Positions 40,730 through 50,498 of a stretch of DNA of 64,000 bases are shown here, piece by piece. This stretch comes from a virus. The notes beneath the pieces were generated by a model. That model worked only from the letters and a program-made list of their open reading frames with translations. It was not told the origin of the DNA and did no database searches. Location of the stretch: the IMG/VR virus record IMGVR_UViG_3300002835_000047, positions 53,887-117,886 of that record; one strand, given 5' to 3'. Each line of letters opens with the position of its first letter. Positions within the stretch are counted from its first letter, which is position 1. A program made the translations under genes and the position numbers.

Positions 40730-41392
40730 CTAGAGTTCAAAATCATCTCCAGAATTTACTGGTGCTTCAAAAGTATCAACTCGATTAGCTTCTTTTTTCA
40801 CAAATTTCCTTACATGTTCATCATAGTTGAATGTAATTAATCTGCTAGATTCAGAATTAAGACTTTCCATTGGTACACCATTTTTAGAAATGCGGGGCAA
40901 ATGCAAATCTACATTGATATAGCCTTCGGTGTTTTCCCATTCTCTACCACCAATACAAGCATTAATGTACTCCGTGTTTTTAAAAATGGTTTTACACTTG
41001 TCCATAAAGGCATCAATTGTATCAACATTGATATCATCCACTTCATTTCTCTTACCGGTTACATCTGCAAGAAAAGCAATAGATTTCAAAATTTCTTGAT
41101 CTTTATTGATTTTTCTACCGTTATCTAGAACAGCATCCTTAAACGGATAAGGTGTCATCCTTACTTTTCCAACTTGGCCTTTGTAACGAGGACCATTTGG
41201 ATTTGCGGCATCTATTAGAAATCCTTGAAATTCGCCGTTTATAGGCTCACTTTCAACATTCAAAACAATATTGAATGAGTTTTTGTCATAAGGAGTTGCC
41301 TCAAAAGATAGACTGTTAATTTTGATTTTACAGTTACCAGGTGAAAGAACTGGACTTACACGATTTGATGAAACATTTTTTGTACTTAGCAT
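40730..41392 (-). CDS. Single-stranded DNA-binding protein (putative)
   Basis: PG-like N-terminal OB pattern, acidic aromatic tail GDDFEL, located next to the recombinase, primase and helicase. Confidence 0.6.
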   Translation of the reverse strand: MLSTKNVSSNRVSPVLSPGNCKIKINSLSFEATPYDKNSFNIVLNVESEPINGEFQGFLIDAANPNGPRYKGQVGKVRMTPYPFKDAVLDNGRKINKDQEILKSIAFLADVTGKRNEVDDINVDTIDAFMDKCKTIFKNTEYINACIGGREWENTEGYINVDLHLPRISKNGVPMESLNSESSRLITFNYDEHVRKFVKKEANRVDTFEAPVNSGDDFEL

Positions 41393-41409
41393 TTTTTTTG
41401 GTTTAAAGG

Positions 41410-42093
41410 TTAATTTTCATATTTTTTAATGCATTCTTTTACAAATGCCAAATCATTAGGAATAAATTCCTGATCAAACATTTCCATTGGTGTTTTACAT
41501 GTTGTTTCACCATCTGTTTTGGTTGCAAACACGTATGATAAACTACCATCTTCTTGTTTAATTACTTTACCGAATAATACAATTGAGAATAGACCCTCTA
41601 ATGTAAGAGCATTATCAATCATTTTACCCACTGTTTTAGCTTTAATTTTTCTTTTACCATTAATATCCGTGCTATCTTCAGAATGGGTCAGAAAAAATAT
41701 ATATAAGTCCTCTCTCAAGTCTTTAGGATATTTTGCTACTGCAGCTAGATTAGCTGCAATAGATGTAAATTTATCATATCCCTTTTCAGACGCTTTATCA
41801 AAGTACTCAAAGCTTGACATATACTGCCAGTCATCAATAATTAAATTTTTGATATGTGGCATTTTTTCATTTACGTGGGCCATTGTTTTCATAACACCGG
41901 GCCCTGAAGATACATTTACTAAATTTCCATCTGGATTTTCTTTGTTTAACGTTTTATATTTACTCTTCCAACCTTTAAATGGTAAAGGTTTATTTGCAAT
42001 ATTAACAATTACTGTTTCTTTTGGATCTAAATTCCTGATGGATGTTGATTTACCAGAACCAGATTCTGCGATCACTAATATACTATGTGCCAT
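41410..42093 (-). CDS. AAA_24/Sak4-like ATPase (ssDNA annealing)
   Basis: AESGSGKS, IIDDWQY, KAKTVGKM..LEGLFSIVL, TCKTPM. Confidence 0.8.
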   Translation of the reverse strand: MAHSILVIAESGSGKSTSIRNLDPKETVIVNIANKPLPFKGWKSKYKTLNKENPDGNLVNVSSGPGVMKTMAHVNEKMPHIKNLIIDDWQYMSSFEYFDKASEKGYDKFTSIAANLAAVAKYPKDLREDLYIFFLTHSEDSTDINGKRKIKAKTVGKMIDNALTLEGLFSIVLFGKVIKQEDGSLSYVFATKTDGETTCKTPMEMFDQEFIPNDLAFVKECIKKYEN

Positions 42094-42103
42094 GTTTATT
42101 TTT

Positions 42104-42634
42104 TTACTTTTTTTTAATTAATTCTTTGATTTCAGTTAAAACTCCAGTAATTCTATCTAAAGCATCTACTATGCCAATATTAGAATATTTCCATTCTGGG
42201 TTTTCAATTTCATTATCGGAAACTTTACTTTGATTCTTTTTTTTACCTCTGTTTGTAATATCATTAATTATTTTTAACTCACTTACAGGTACTAAGTATC
42301 TTTGAAAACCAGCGTTAGATACAATTAGCTCATATTCATCTGACCAAAAGGGATTGTGTCTAAACAAATATAGAGTTCTTTTTGGGTCTTCACATTCATA
42401 AGCGCTACTTACAAATTCAGTATAAATATCTTGTGTTTTTTGTAACTCACTGGCAAAGAAACTAATGTGTAGTTCATCTTTACCTGGAGGTCTGTATGCC
42501 ATTTTGGGTATAAATATAGCATCACTAATATGTTCTGCGTCAAAATAAGGTTGATGTTCTTGTCTTAATTCTAAGACTTTCAATCTTCTTTCGTCAGATG
42601 TAATTTGATTTTCTTTACTTTTTGTATTAATCAT
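42104..42634 (-). CDS. Hypothetical protein
   Basis: ORF track; in the replication operon. Confidence 0.7.
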   Translation of the reverse strand: MINTKSKENQITSDERRLKVLELRQEHQPYFDAEHISDAIFIPKMAYRPPGKDELHISFFASELQKTQDIYTEFVSSAYECEDPKRTLYLFRHNPFWSDEYELIVSNAGFQRYLVPVSELKIINDITNRGKKKNQSKVSDNEIENPEWKYSNIGIVDALDRITGVLTEIKELIKKK

Positions 42635-43581
42635 CTTGATTGTGTTTGAGGTGTTGGTATTTCTATAATCTCCATTGTACTAAATAAACCTTTAAAGAAA
42701 CTTATTCTAGTATCTCCATTTCTAGCTTTTAAAAAATGAAATACTAAAACACTGTCATCTTCAATTACATATCGGTCCGGACCATAAAATCTAATTTTTC
42801 TATGCGCCGGTCTGTTTATGCCAATTAAATTATCTGCATGTTGCAGCATAGCATCTGATCCAAATATGTCTTGTTCTGTAATATAATTACCATATTTACC
42901 ATCTATTGCTCTTTCTGGGTCCTCTACATTTCTATTTAATTGAGATAAAGTTATAAATAAACAGGGATAATCTCTTTTACATTGAGTAAAAAATTCACCA
43001 AGTTCAAATAAAGTATCTAGTCTATCTTTTTGGTAAGGAGCTTTTTTGACAAGTAATGTATGATCAAGTGTTATTATTGTTTTTTTACCTTTATGGTAAT
43101 TCATATATAAATCAATTTGATCACGCATTTGATTTACTGTAAGCGGTGTTCCTATTACATCAATAGGATACTTTACTCTCTTTTTAGCGTATTCATAGCA
43201 TTGATTTATAGTGCTGTCTAAAACTCTTGAACCTGAAGCACTGGTTAATTCTTTATATGATTTACCGGTTATAGAAGTAAATTCTCTAATTGCGGAATTT
43301 CTGCCAACCATCTCAAACTGAAACTCTAATACTCTGTAATCATCATTTGGATTAAGAGCAAAAGATTCTCTTATGATTTGGTCTTTAATTAAAGTTTTAC
43401 CTGAACCGGGTCTTGCGGCAATAACTGTAAGGCTATTCCATTCTAAACCATCAACTGTTGCATCATTAAATTTTGGCCAGGGAGTATGGATAGATTTGTC
43501 ATTTCCGGCTTGTCTATTCTTAATATATTTTAATGCTTCATTGAAAGATGCGTGTTGACCATCCCATAGTTTTTCACTCAT
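42631..43581 (-). CDS. dnaB: DnaB-like replicative helicase (C-terminal domain only)
   Basis: AARPGSGKT, TLDH, LSQLNR, GSDAMLQHAD, KARNG. Confidence 0.9.
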   Translation of the reverse strand: MSEKLWDGQHASFNEALKYIKNRQAGNDKSIHTPWPKFNDATVDGLEWNSLTVIAARPGSGKTLIKDQIIRESFALNPNDDYRVLEFQFEMVGRNSAIREFTSITGKSYKELTSASGSRVLDSTINQCYEYAKKRVKYPIDVIGTPLTVNQMRDQIDLYMNYHKGKKTIITLDHTLLVKKAPYQKDRLDTLFELGEFFTQCKRDYPCLFITLSQLNRNVEDPERAIDGKYGNYITEQDIFGSDAMLQHADNLIGINRPAHRKIRFYGPDRYVIEDDSVLVFHFLKARNGDTRISFFKGLFSTMEIIEIPTPQTQSR

Positions 43582-44195
43582 ACTACTTTTTCTTTAAAGA
43601 AACTTTGATTAGTAGTATCAACACCATCTCTAGTTAAATCACAATAATCGGCCAATGTTGATTTTTTTACTTTATGTTTGTCTTGTTTAGAAATAAAGTA
43701 TTGACTTGTCATCATATACAAGTAATTATTACTTGCATATTCTTTTACATACATTTCTGTTGCTTTATGTACTTCTTCCCATGTATAATCAAAAGTAGCA
43801 AAAAACCATCTGAAAGATTCAGACAATGCTTTAGTATTATTTCTAGCCGGCATACCACTTGGTAATTTTGCTTTAGGAAAAATACATCTATACTTTTCTA
43901 TATTTTCCAAAAAATCTTTACCCATAATCTGGGTATTTGTTCTTGCTTTAGCTTTTATAAAGAAGTTGTCTAACATATAGATAAAGTTCATTCCTTTATC
44001 TGTTATTGTTAGTTGCTTATTGCTAGCAACATTACTATCTTTTGTATATACTATAAACTCAGCATAGACAAGTTGTTCTATACATTTATTTGCATTAACA
44101 TAAGGACAGTTAACGCTTTCTCTAACAGAGAATAAAAATAAACATGCATCTGGTGATATTTTATTCTCTAAAATTTTTTGGAGTAGTTCCCACAT
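43578..44195 (-). CDS. Replication-associated hypothetical protein
   Basis: Directly upstream of the helicase; FPKAKLPSG motif. Confidence 0.65.
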   Translation of the reverse strand: MWELLQKILENKISPDACLFLFSVRESVNCPYVNANKCIEQLVYAEFIVYTKDSNVASNKQLTITDKGMNFIYMLDNFFIKAKARTNTQIMGKDFLENIEKYRCIFPKAKLPSGMPARNNTKALSESFRWFFATFDYTWEEVHKATEMYVKEYASNNYLYMMTSQYFISKQDKHKVKKSTLADYCDLTRDGVDTTNQSFFKEKVV

Positions 44196-44205
44196 AAAAA
44201 CAAAT

Positions 44206-44892
44206 TTACCAATCTATAGGGGTTTTCCCAAGTTTTTCCAGCTTTTTATTTATATCAATAAAAAGATTATTACTATTCCAAGTACCTTTTGAATATGCAG
44301 CTGAAGCTGGATGTGACACTTTTATTATATCTAAATTATATAAAGTATTAGACCATTCTTCGGCTTTTTTGCCTAAAAGAACTGCTATACAATCTTTATG
44401 ATTATTATTGATATGGTTTAAAAAAAATGACGTGAATCCTTTCCATATATGATAGTGACTACCAATTTCATTAACTCTACAAGTAAGTGCCGTATTATAC
44501 ATAATTATACCCTGTCGGGTCCACTTTTGTAGGTTTGGGTCTCTTTTATACCCATCCGGGTACATTTTTTCAATTTCATTAAATATATACCTTAATGATG
44601 GTTGTTCCTTCATTGTTTTACTACAACTGAACGCAATACCATCAGCTACATCTGGTTGTGGATAGGGATCCTGACCAATGATAATTACTTTTATATTATC
44701 CGGAGGACATGTTAATATGCCATTAAAACATTCTTTAAATCTTGGTGTTGATACAAAACCATTCTTTTTTTCTTCTATTAAATAATCTATAAGTATAGAA
44801 AATTCAAGCTGATTAAGAAAGAAATTTAATAAATGCCAGTTATGACTTAAAAATAATTCTGATAACTTTTCTTTTATTTCTGTTATATGCAT
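44206..44892 (-). CDS. ung: Uracil-DNA glycosylase (family 1)
   Basis: IIGQDPY, GIAFS, YNTALT, HPAS. Confidence 0.93.
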   Translation of the reverse strand: MHITEIKEKLSELFLSHNWHLLNFFLNQLEFSILIDYLIEEKKNGFVSTPRFKECFNGILTCPPDNIKVIIIGQDPYPQPDVADGIAFSCSKTMKEQPSLRYIFNEIEKMYPDGYKRDPNLQKWTRQGIIMYNTALTCRVNEIGSHYHIWKGFTSFFLNHINNNHKDCIAVLLGKKAEEWSNTLYNLDIIKVSHPASAAYSKGTWNSNNLFIDINKKLEKLGKTPIDW

Positions 44893-44937
44893 GTATATCT
44901 TGTATTTATATGTATATTTGTTTAAATTAAAAATAAA

Positions 44938-45354
44938 ATGGACAATAAAATTAACGCACTACCTGAATCCTACGATTTAACTCAAAATATTAAAAACGTA
45001 GAAGTTAATACTGGTTTTATTCTTGGTTTAGAAAGAATAATTCTTTACTTTATAACAGATTTGATTGAAGATAAAACATCAATTCCGGATATGTTTAAAA
45101 AGTTTGAAAAACTTTTATCTACAGATAGAAAAGAAGCAGAAAGTGTAAACTTAAATTCTATTGAATCTAATGTTTACACTCTCTTTGCTTTACAGCAGCT
45201 TCTCAGATCACATGCTTATGAGCAAAATTTAGTTACTAAAAATAAAGTTAATATAAGTAATCAAGAAATTGAAGATTTAATGCAAGCTTTTAAAGATAAT
45301 AACTCAGTAAAGATTAAAGAATTATATCAAAAAATGGGAAACAATTTATCTTAA
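44938..45354 (+). CDS. Hypothetical protein, lone + strand gene
   Basis: A-rich leader, with TATATTTG (44913-44920) upstream. Confidence 0.7.
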   Translation: MDNKINALPESYDLTQNIKNVEVNTGFILGLERIILYFITDLIEDKTSIPDMFKKFEKLLSTDRKEAESVNLNSIESNVYTLFALQQLLRSHAYEQNLVTKNKVNISNQEIEDLMQAFKDNNSVKIKELYQKMGNNLS

Positions 45355-45795
45355 GTTTATATTATTGAAATCTCCAATTTCAATACAAGACTGAATTGCC
45401 ATGTTTAGTTCCATTTTGTCACAATCTGCAAAAGATCTATAATAACGTTTATTGTTATTAATGTAATAAAGACCTGATCTGTCTTTTATTAATTTCTTAA
45501 TTTCATCAAAAGTGTAACCTATTGAATTTGCTAATTCTCTGCACATAGCATGTATTCTTGCTAATTGTGCGTTACTTGCTTTATTTGTACTATAAGAAAT
45601 ATAAACATCTAATTTTACACCATCTGGTACAGAACGCATAAAATTTTCAAATCTAATTTTATTAGTCCCAATTGGAAAATCAAAGTTTCCATTTTTAGCA
45701 CTAATTTGAAGATAAATATTGTCGCTTTGAGCTATAATGTGAGAACCATCTTGTTCATCACCCGGATCAGATATTATCGGATTTAATTTTTTCAT
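45346..45795 (-). CDS. NinB/Orf-like hypothetical protein
   Basis: SNAQLARIHAM...ELA...GYTFDEIK...RSFADC pattern; tentative. Confidence 0.45.
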   Translation of the reverse strand: MKKLNPIISDPGDEQDGSHIIAQSDNIYLQISAKNGNFDFPIGTNKIRFENFMRSVPDGVKLDVYISYSTNKASNAQLARIHAMCRELANSIGYTFDEIKKLIKDRSGLYYINNNKRYYRSFADCDKMELNMAIQSCIEIGDFNNINLR

Positions 45796-46027
45796 CTTTA
45801 AAATAAATTTGTTTTTTTTCTATTATTCTATTAACAATATAATCATTATTATAGTATGCAGTTAATTGTTTTAACCACATTAGTAAATCTGCTATTTCAT
45901 CTTCAATTTGTTTACAATTATCTAGTTTAGGTTTATTTATACTTTGCATCAAAGCATGTGATAATTCACAACATTCTTCAACTGTTTTTCTTTTTATGTA
46001 ATCAAGGTCATTTAAATCGCGTATCAT
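45767..46027 (-). CDS. NTP-pyrophosphohydrolase-like (MazG fold)
   Basis: EECCELSHAL...IEDEIADL. Confidence 0.6.
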   Translation of the reverse strand: MIRDLNDLDYIKRKTVEECCELSHALMQSINKPKLDNCKQIEDEIADLLMWLKQLTAYYNNDYIVNRIIEKKQIYFKDEKIKSDNI

Positions 46028-46028
46028 A

Positions 46029-47123
46029 TTAATAAGTTAAGTATTCTATTTTTGATTTATCTAAACCTTCAAGTGCTTTATCAACCCATATCTCATCAAC
46101 TGAATCTTTATAACAAAGTATATGGCAAACAGATATTTGATCAGGATTTAATCTTAAAAGTCTTCCAATTCTTTGTGTAGATTTTCTTTCATTACCATAA
46201 GAATGCATTATAATTCCCACTTTAAGTTCTGGTATTGATACACCTTCATTTAGTTGTGCTATACAAGACAATTTTTTTATTGTACCTTCTTTAAACAGTC
46301 TTAAATTTTCTTCAGAATTATCATTATTTGAGTGATAACTGTGTTTACAAATTCTATCTGCTTGCTCTTGAGTATTAGCAAATATAATACATTTATCGTT
46401 TATATCATTTAATATACTAACCAAATATTCTTCTTTAGTTGGATAACTCATTAAAGCTCGCATTCTAAAAATAGAATAAAATTGTTTTTGTTTGGGAGTT
46501 TCAGCTTCTTCTAAAAGATTTGATAATCTAGTATAATCGTTATATTCAGATGTGTACCAAAATTTACCAGCTTTTGTTTTTTTCTTAAGTGTTTTTAACT
46601 TATTTAAATTAAGTTTATGTACTACAATCCGATAATCATTTAGTATTTTTTGCTCTGTAGCTTCATCAACTGAAAATTTAAATACAGTTGGACAATGTTT
46701 TTGAATTAGCTTATACTTTTCACTATTTTGAAAAACCGGTAATGTTCCGCTTAAACCAAGTAGCTTTTGATTATAGTTATTAAGAAAGTTTTCATGATGT
46801 GGTAGAATATTATGGCATTCATCTAAATATACTATATCATAATCATTTGGATCTTTTTTATTTAAAGAAAGATAAGTGGTAAAAGTTATATGATCTTGTA
46901 AAAATTCAACTTCCATTTTTTTTAATTCTGTATGCCAAGAATCTTTTATTGAAAGTTTTGGTATTACCACTAAAACCTTTATAAAAACATGATAGTTTTT
47001 TATTAAATGTTTTATTCCAATTCTAGTTTTACCTACACCCATTGAAATACCAACACTACATTTTTTATAATTTTCTATAATACTTAATGCTTGTTCTTGT
47101 ACTGAATCTTTTTTAATTGACAT
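46029..47123 (-). CDS. Superfamily 2 helicase
   Basis: SMGVGKT, DECH, LGLSGT, LNEGVSIP, QRIGRLLR. Confidence 0.9.
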   Translation of the reverse strand: MSIKKDSVQEQALSIIENYKKCSVGISMGVGKTRIGIKHLIKNYHVFIKVLVVIPKLSIKDSWHTELKKMEVEFLQDHITFTTYLSLNKKDPNDYDIVYLDECHNILPHHENFLNNYNQKLLGLSGTLPVFQNSEKYKLIQKHCPTVFKFSVDEATEQKILNDYRIVVHKLNLNKLKTLKKKTKAGKFWYTSEYNDYTRLSNLLEEAETPKQKQFYSIFRMRALMSYPTKEEYLVSILNDINDKCIIFANTQEQADRICKHSYHSNNDNSEENLRLFKEGTIKKLSCIAQLNEGVSIPELKVGIIMHSYGNERKSTQRIGRLLRLNPDQISVCHILCYKDSVDEIWVDKALEGLDKSKIEYLTY

Positions 47124-47148
47124 AACTTAATTTTTATTTAAATGTTTG

Positions 47149-47220
47149 TAGTTCTACCTGGAGTCGAACCAAGAATGACAGATTAGAAATCTGTAGTTAT
47201 ATCCATTTAACTATAGAACC
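47149..47220 (-). tRNA. tRNA-Arg (anticodon TCT)
   Basis: Reverse complement GGTTCTA TA GTTA AATGGATA TAAC T ACAGA TT-TCT-AA TCTGT CATT CTTGG TTCGACT CCAGG TAGAACT A; full cloverleaf, no encoded CCA. Confidence 0.92.
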
Positions 47221-47226
47221 TTTTTT

Positions 47227-47562
47227 TTACTTCTTTTTAAATTGTTCAAACCATTCTGCTTGTGAAATTTCATCTCCAAAAGATAAATACCTTTTAAACT
47301 CTTGTAAAATGTTTAACACTTCTTCCTCACTATACCTTCTTTCTGCTTGCCATTTAGCCATATCCACCATAAGTTTTTTAACTGTTGAAACTCCTATACT
47401 TTGACCTATTGACTTAATTCCATAATCAACAAGCATTTCATGGGCAACTTCTTCAAGTGTTTCTTTACCACCATAACCTTCTCCATAATTAGTTCTTGGA
47501 TGATTGTCTTCTATACTATCAGGAGATGGGTCTTCATTTTCAAATTCTAAATTGTTATTCAT
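47227..47562 (-). CDS. KETLEE...KWQAERxYSEE...FKKK module family, copy 1
   Basis: Shared C-terminal modules with 47566 and 47918. Confidence 0.75.
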   Translation of the reverse strand: MNNNLEFENEDPSPDSIEDNHPRTNYGEGYGGKETLEEVAHEMLVDYGIKSIGQSIGVSTVKKLMVDMAKWQAERRYSEEEVLNILQEFKRYLSFGDEISQAEWFEQFKKK

Positions 47563-47565
47563 ATC

Positions 47566-47916
47566 TTATTTCTTTTTAAATTGTTCAAACCATTTTTCAA
47601 AAGGTAATTCTTTCCAATTCTCTGTATTTGGATAACCACTAAATCCTTTTTTATGACCCGCTTCAAAAGCTTCTTTTAAATCTTCCTTACTATACATTCT
47701 TTCTGCTTGCCATTTAGTACCTTCAATAAATCCTTCTTGTTTATTTGCTTTAATACAATCATCTTCTGATGGATTCCATATTGAACCTCCTTTGGGTATA
47801 GGATAAAATCTTTCAGCAGCTTCTTCAGGTGTTTCTTGTTTCATATCTAATGCTTTTATCATATTATCGTATTGTTGTTCTAGTGCCAAATCAGAAAACA
47901 TTTCTCCTTGTGTCAT
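47566..47916 (-). CDS. KQETPEE...KWQAERMYS...FKKK module family, copy 2
   Basis: ATG at 47916 follows TAAG (the annotated TTG start at 47940 overlaps the upstream gene). Confidence 0.75.
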   Translation of the reverse strand: MTQGEMFSDLALEQQYDNMIKALDMKQETPEEAAERFYPIPKGGSIWNPSEDDCIKANKQEGFIEGTKWQAERMYSKEDLKEAFEAGHKKGFSGYPNTENWKELPFEKWFEQFKKK

Positions 47917-47917
47917 C

Positions 47918-48796
47918 TTATTTCTTTTTAAATGGTTCAATAATTACATTAAAGTATTTTTCAGGTTCTCCTTCTTTAATACCATTTTGACAATTGTTAA
48001 ATAACACATCCCCTAAATCAAATAACATTTTTCTTACTTCCTCCTCACTATACATTCTTTCTTGCATCCATTTAGCACCTTTTAAAAATGCCTCTTCAGT
48101 ATCTGATGCTTTTTCAAAGCCTAACTGACCGCGTTTAAAATATTCGTGTGCAGCTTCTTCAAGTGTTTCTTGTTTAGGTTCATTTGGCATTGACTTATAT
48201 GGTAATATTTTACTGCTTGAAAGTAAATTGCCCCCACCTTCTTCATTTTCCCTTACTAAATGAATATGTTTAGTTGTATCATAACCAATATATGTTCCAC
48301 TCGACCAATTTGAAAAGACTTTAATCCAAACTTGTTCTCCTTGTGTTGGAGTCCATTCTTGTTTAGGTTCTTTTGGAATGATTATTTTGTAAACTAACTC
48401 TGTTGGTGGTTCATCGTTTCCAAACATACCAAAAGTAAATCCACTAGGGATTTCTTCTATTAATTCAACCTTAACATTTTCACAACTTGGATTCTTAACA
48501 AACCATTCTAAAAACTCATCATCAATGGGTTGAACACCATCTTTGATTAAGTCGGGGTCGGTTGTTAGGATGATTTTTTTCTCACCACCTGTTAAGTCAC
48601 CTCCTAAATATTTAACAGGAACCCAATTATTAAGTGTAGGATAACCCACATAATCCCCTTCTTTAATTTCTTCATCGGAAGTAATGTAGATGTTTCTGTT
48701 CATTGGTGTAGTTGCTAATCTACCAAATACTAATTTGTCTTCCCAAAAATATAATTTACTTGGTTTGTTTGTTGGTAATACGCGTATGTTTTTCAT
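47918..48796 (-). CDS. Multi-module protein ending in the KQETLEEAA...FKKK module, copy 3
   Basis: N-terminal domain, then a 63-codon insert between direct repeats, then the family module. Confidence 0.75.
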   Translation of the reverse strand: MKNIRVLPTNKPSKLYFWEDKLVFGRLATTPMNRNIYITSDEEIKEGDYVGYPTLNNWVPVKYLGGDLTGGEKKIILTTDPDLIKDGVQPIDDEFLEWFVKNPSCENVKVELIEEIPSGFTFGMFGNDEPPTELVYKIIIPKEPKQEWTPTQGEQVWIKVFSNWSSGTYIGYDTTKHIHLVRENEEGGGNLLSSSKILPYKSMPNEPKQETLEEAAHEYFKRGQLGFEKASDTEEAFLKGAKWMQERMYSEEEVRKMLFDLGDVLFNNCQNGIKEGEPEKYFNVIIEPFKKK

Positions 48797-48797
48797 A

Positions 48798-49061
48798 TTA
48801 TATTATGTTAGTTAATGGATAAGCGTTTAAGATTGAATTTTGGTCAACATAATGAGAAGTTCCATTACCATAATTGAACATTTGTTCAACTTCAGTTGTT
48901 CCACTTCCCATTATATAGGTATCTTTTCTAACTTTAGATTTCTCACTAGCCTCTTTTAAAGCTGCTTCAACATGTAGTTTAGCAAAGTCTCTCATTATAA
49001 CTACCGCATCATCTGAGTAATGTGCATCATAAAATTCTTTTGCTGTTGGTACTGTACTCAT
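48798..49061 (-). CDS. Hypothetical protein (FAKLHV.AAL..ASE...SILNAYPL type)
   Basis: ORF track. Confidence 0.7.
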   Translation of the reverse strand: MSTVPTAKEFYDAHYSDDAVVIMRDFAKLHVEAALKEASEKSKVRKDTYIMGSGTTEVEQMFNYGNGTSHYVDQNSILNAYPLTNII

Positions 49062-49786
49062 TGTTTGTTTTGTTTTACGATTTGAATTAATTTAAAAATT
49101 TTCCATCCTTTACAAGGTCTGTTTTTAGAGACTGCTTGTTGAATTGATTGTGGTTTAACTCCTATATGTAATGCAGCTTCTTTAAAACTGTTAAATTCAA
49201 AATATGTATTATTAGGACACAAACAAGAAATAGGTTTTAAATTTCTTTTAGAAGCTGCTATCTTCATTTTGTCAATAGTTTCTTTAGAATATTTTATTCC
49301 TTTTCTTGAATTTGACATTTTTAATTTAGCTTCTTCTGTAAATTTATAGCCTATTCTAATCTTAGACATTTTTTCTTTTGTCATTTTAGATTTTTTACTA
49401 CCTGTTTGTGCAATTTTCATTTTTTCTTTTGTCTCACTCCCAAATACAGAAGGTTTTTCATTTGTTTTAGTATAGATACAGTTAAGTCCTTTTTCAACAG
49501 AATTATAATGTTCCTGCCAAAAGCGTTCTCTAATATTTAAATCATTAAAAACACATTCTTCAATTATTTCAAAGAAATGTTTTTCCCAAGTGTATTTATT
49601 TATAGAAGCTAAAAGTTTTACTTGTCTATTAGAATTTTTAATATACTTTTCATAATCTTTCTTTCTTCTAATTAAATCATTAGATTGACCTATGTAAACC
49701 CTATCAGTTGGACTTGTTATTTTATAGATTCCGCAAATCTTTACATCCTTGATTAATTTTTCTAACTCTTTCTTCATAATTATCAC
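49058..49786 (-). mobile_element. Free-standing GIY-YIG homing endonuclease with NUMOD3-like repeats
   Basis: GIYKITSPTDRVYIGQS, R...Y, E...W, GLN; repeats ETKEKMKIAQTG, MTKEKMSKIRIG, EAKLKMSNSRKG, ETIDKMKIAAS; C-terminal HTH-like segment. Confidence 0.88.
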
Positions 49787-50057
49787 TTGCCTTTAATTCA
49801 ATGTCTATTTGTTTATTACTATAAATATACAAAAAATTTATTGCTTGTGAGAATGTTGGTGCAGAACAAGCCCCTTCTAAAAGGTAGACATTTCTATTAT
49901 CTTCAAACTCCTCATTCATACCCATTTCAAGTATCAATTCATATACCTTCCAATTACTTTGAAAGGAACTTAAATATGTTCCAAAACAAGGTTCATCAAA
50001 CCCAAGTTCTTTGAGTGCTAAAGATGGTTCGTAGGGTACAAATTCTTTTTCTAACAT
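49722..50057 (-). CDS. Phage protein (KEFVPYE.SLALKELGFDE type) with a probably replaced C-terminus
   Basis: Distant paralog of 50057-50479; similarity ends at APTFSQA, where the endonuclease cassette begins. Confidence 0.65.
   Translation of the reverse strand: MLEKEFVPYEPSLALKELGFDEPCFGTYLSSFQSNWKVYELILEMGMNEEFEDNRNVYLLEGACSAPTFSQAINFLYIYSNKQIDIELKASDNYEERVRKINQGCKDLRNL
49817..49833 (-). promoter_or_regulatory. Putative promoter TTTGTATATTTATAGTA for the GIY-YIG gene
   Basis: About 30 nt upstream of the endonuclease start; resembles the motifs at 18193 and 18927. Confidence 0.45.
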
Positions 50058-50479
50058 TAGATTAAGTTATTTAAAGTGTATTCAATAGCAGCTTCGTATG
50101 CTTCTGTTGGTGAGTTAGATTCCCCAATTTTTCCTGATAAAACTGCCATATCTCCAAACTTATGTTGAATACACGGATGCCATATCTTACCATTTGTATA
50201 GACATAGCACCAATATTCATGTTTCTCATACAACCACATTACTACTTCAGCAATGGTTGGACATAAAAAACAAGTTTCTTTTTGATTTTTATTAAAGTCA
50301 GAGTAATTAAATCTTAACATTCTATCAGGTTCTCCTGAACCAAATCCTTGTTCATAAATAATATCACCCCAACCATCAGAATTAAGATTGCCTGTTTGAG
50401 TATAGTAATCAGAACAATTTTCATCAAATTCTTTTTCTTTTAGCAACTTGGCTAATTCAAAACTTACTGGTGTGTTCAT
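50057..50479 (-). CDS. Phage protein (VSFELAKLLKEK...PTIAEVVMWL...YEAAI type)
   Basis: ORF track; recognisable family. Confidence 0.75.
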   Translation of the reverse strand: MNTPVSFELAKLLKEKEFDENCSDYYTQTGNLNSDGWGDIIYEQGFGSGEPDRMLRFNYSDFNKNQKETCFLCPTIAEVVMWLYEKHEYWCYVYTNGKIWHPCIQHKFGDMAVLSGKIGESNSPTEAYEAAIEYTLNNLI

Positions 50480-50498
50480 TTCTTTTTCTTTTACAGCT

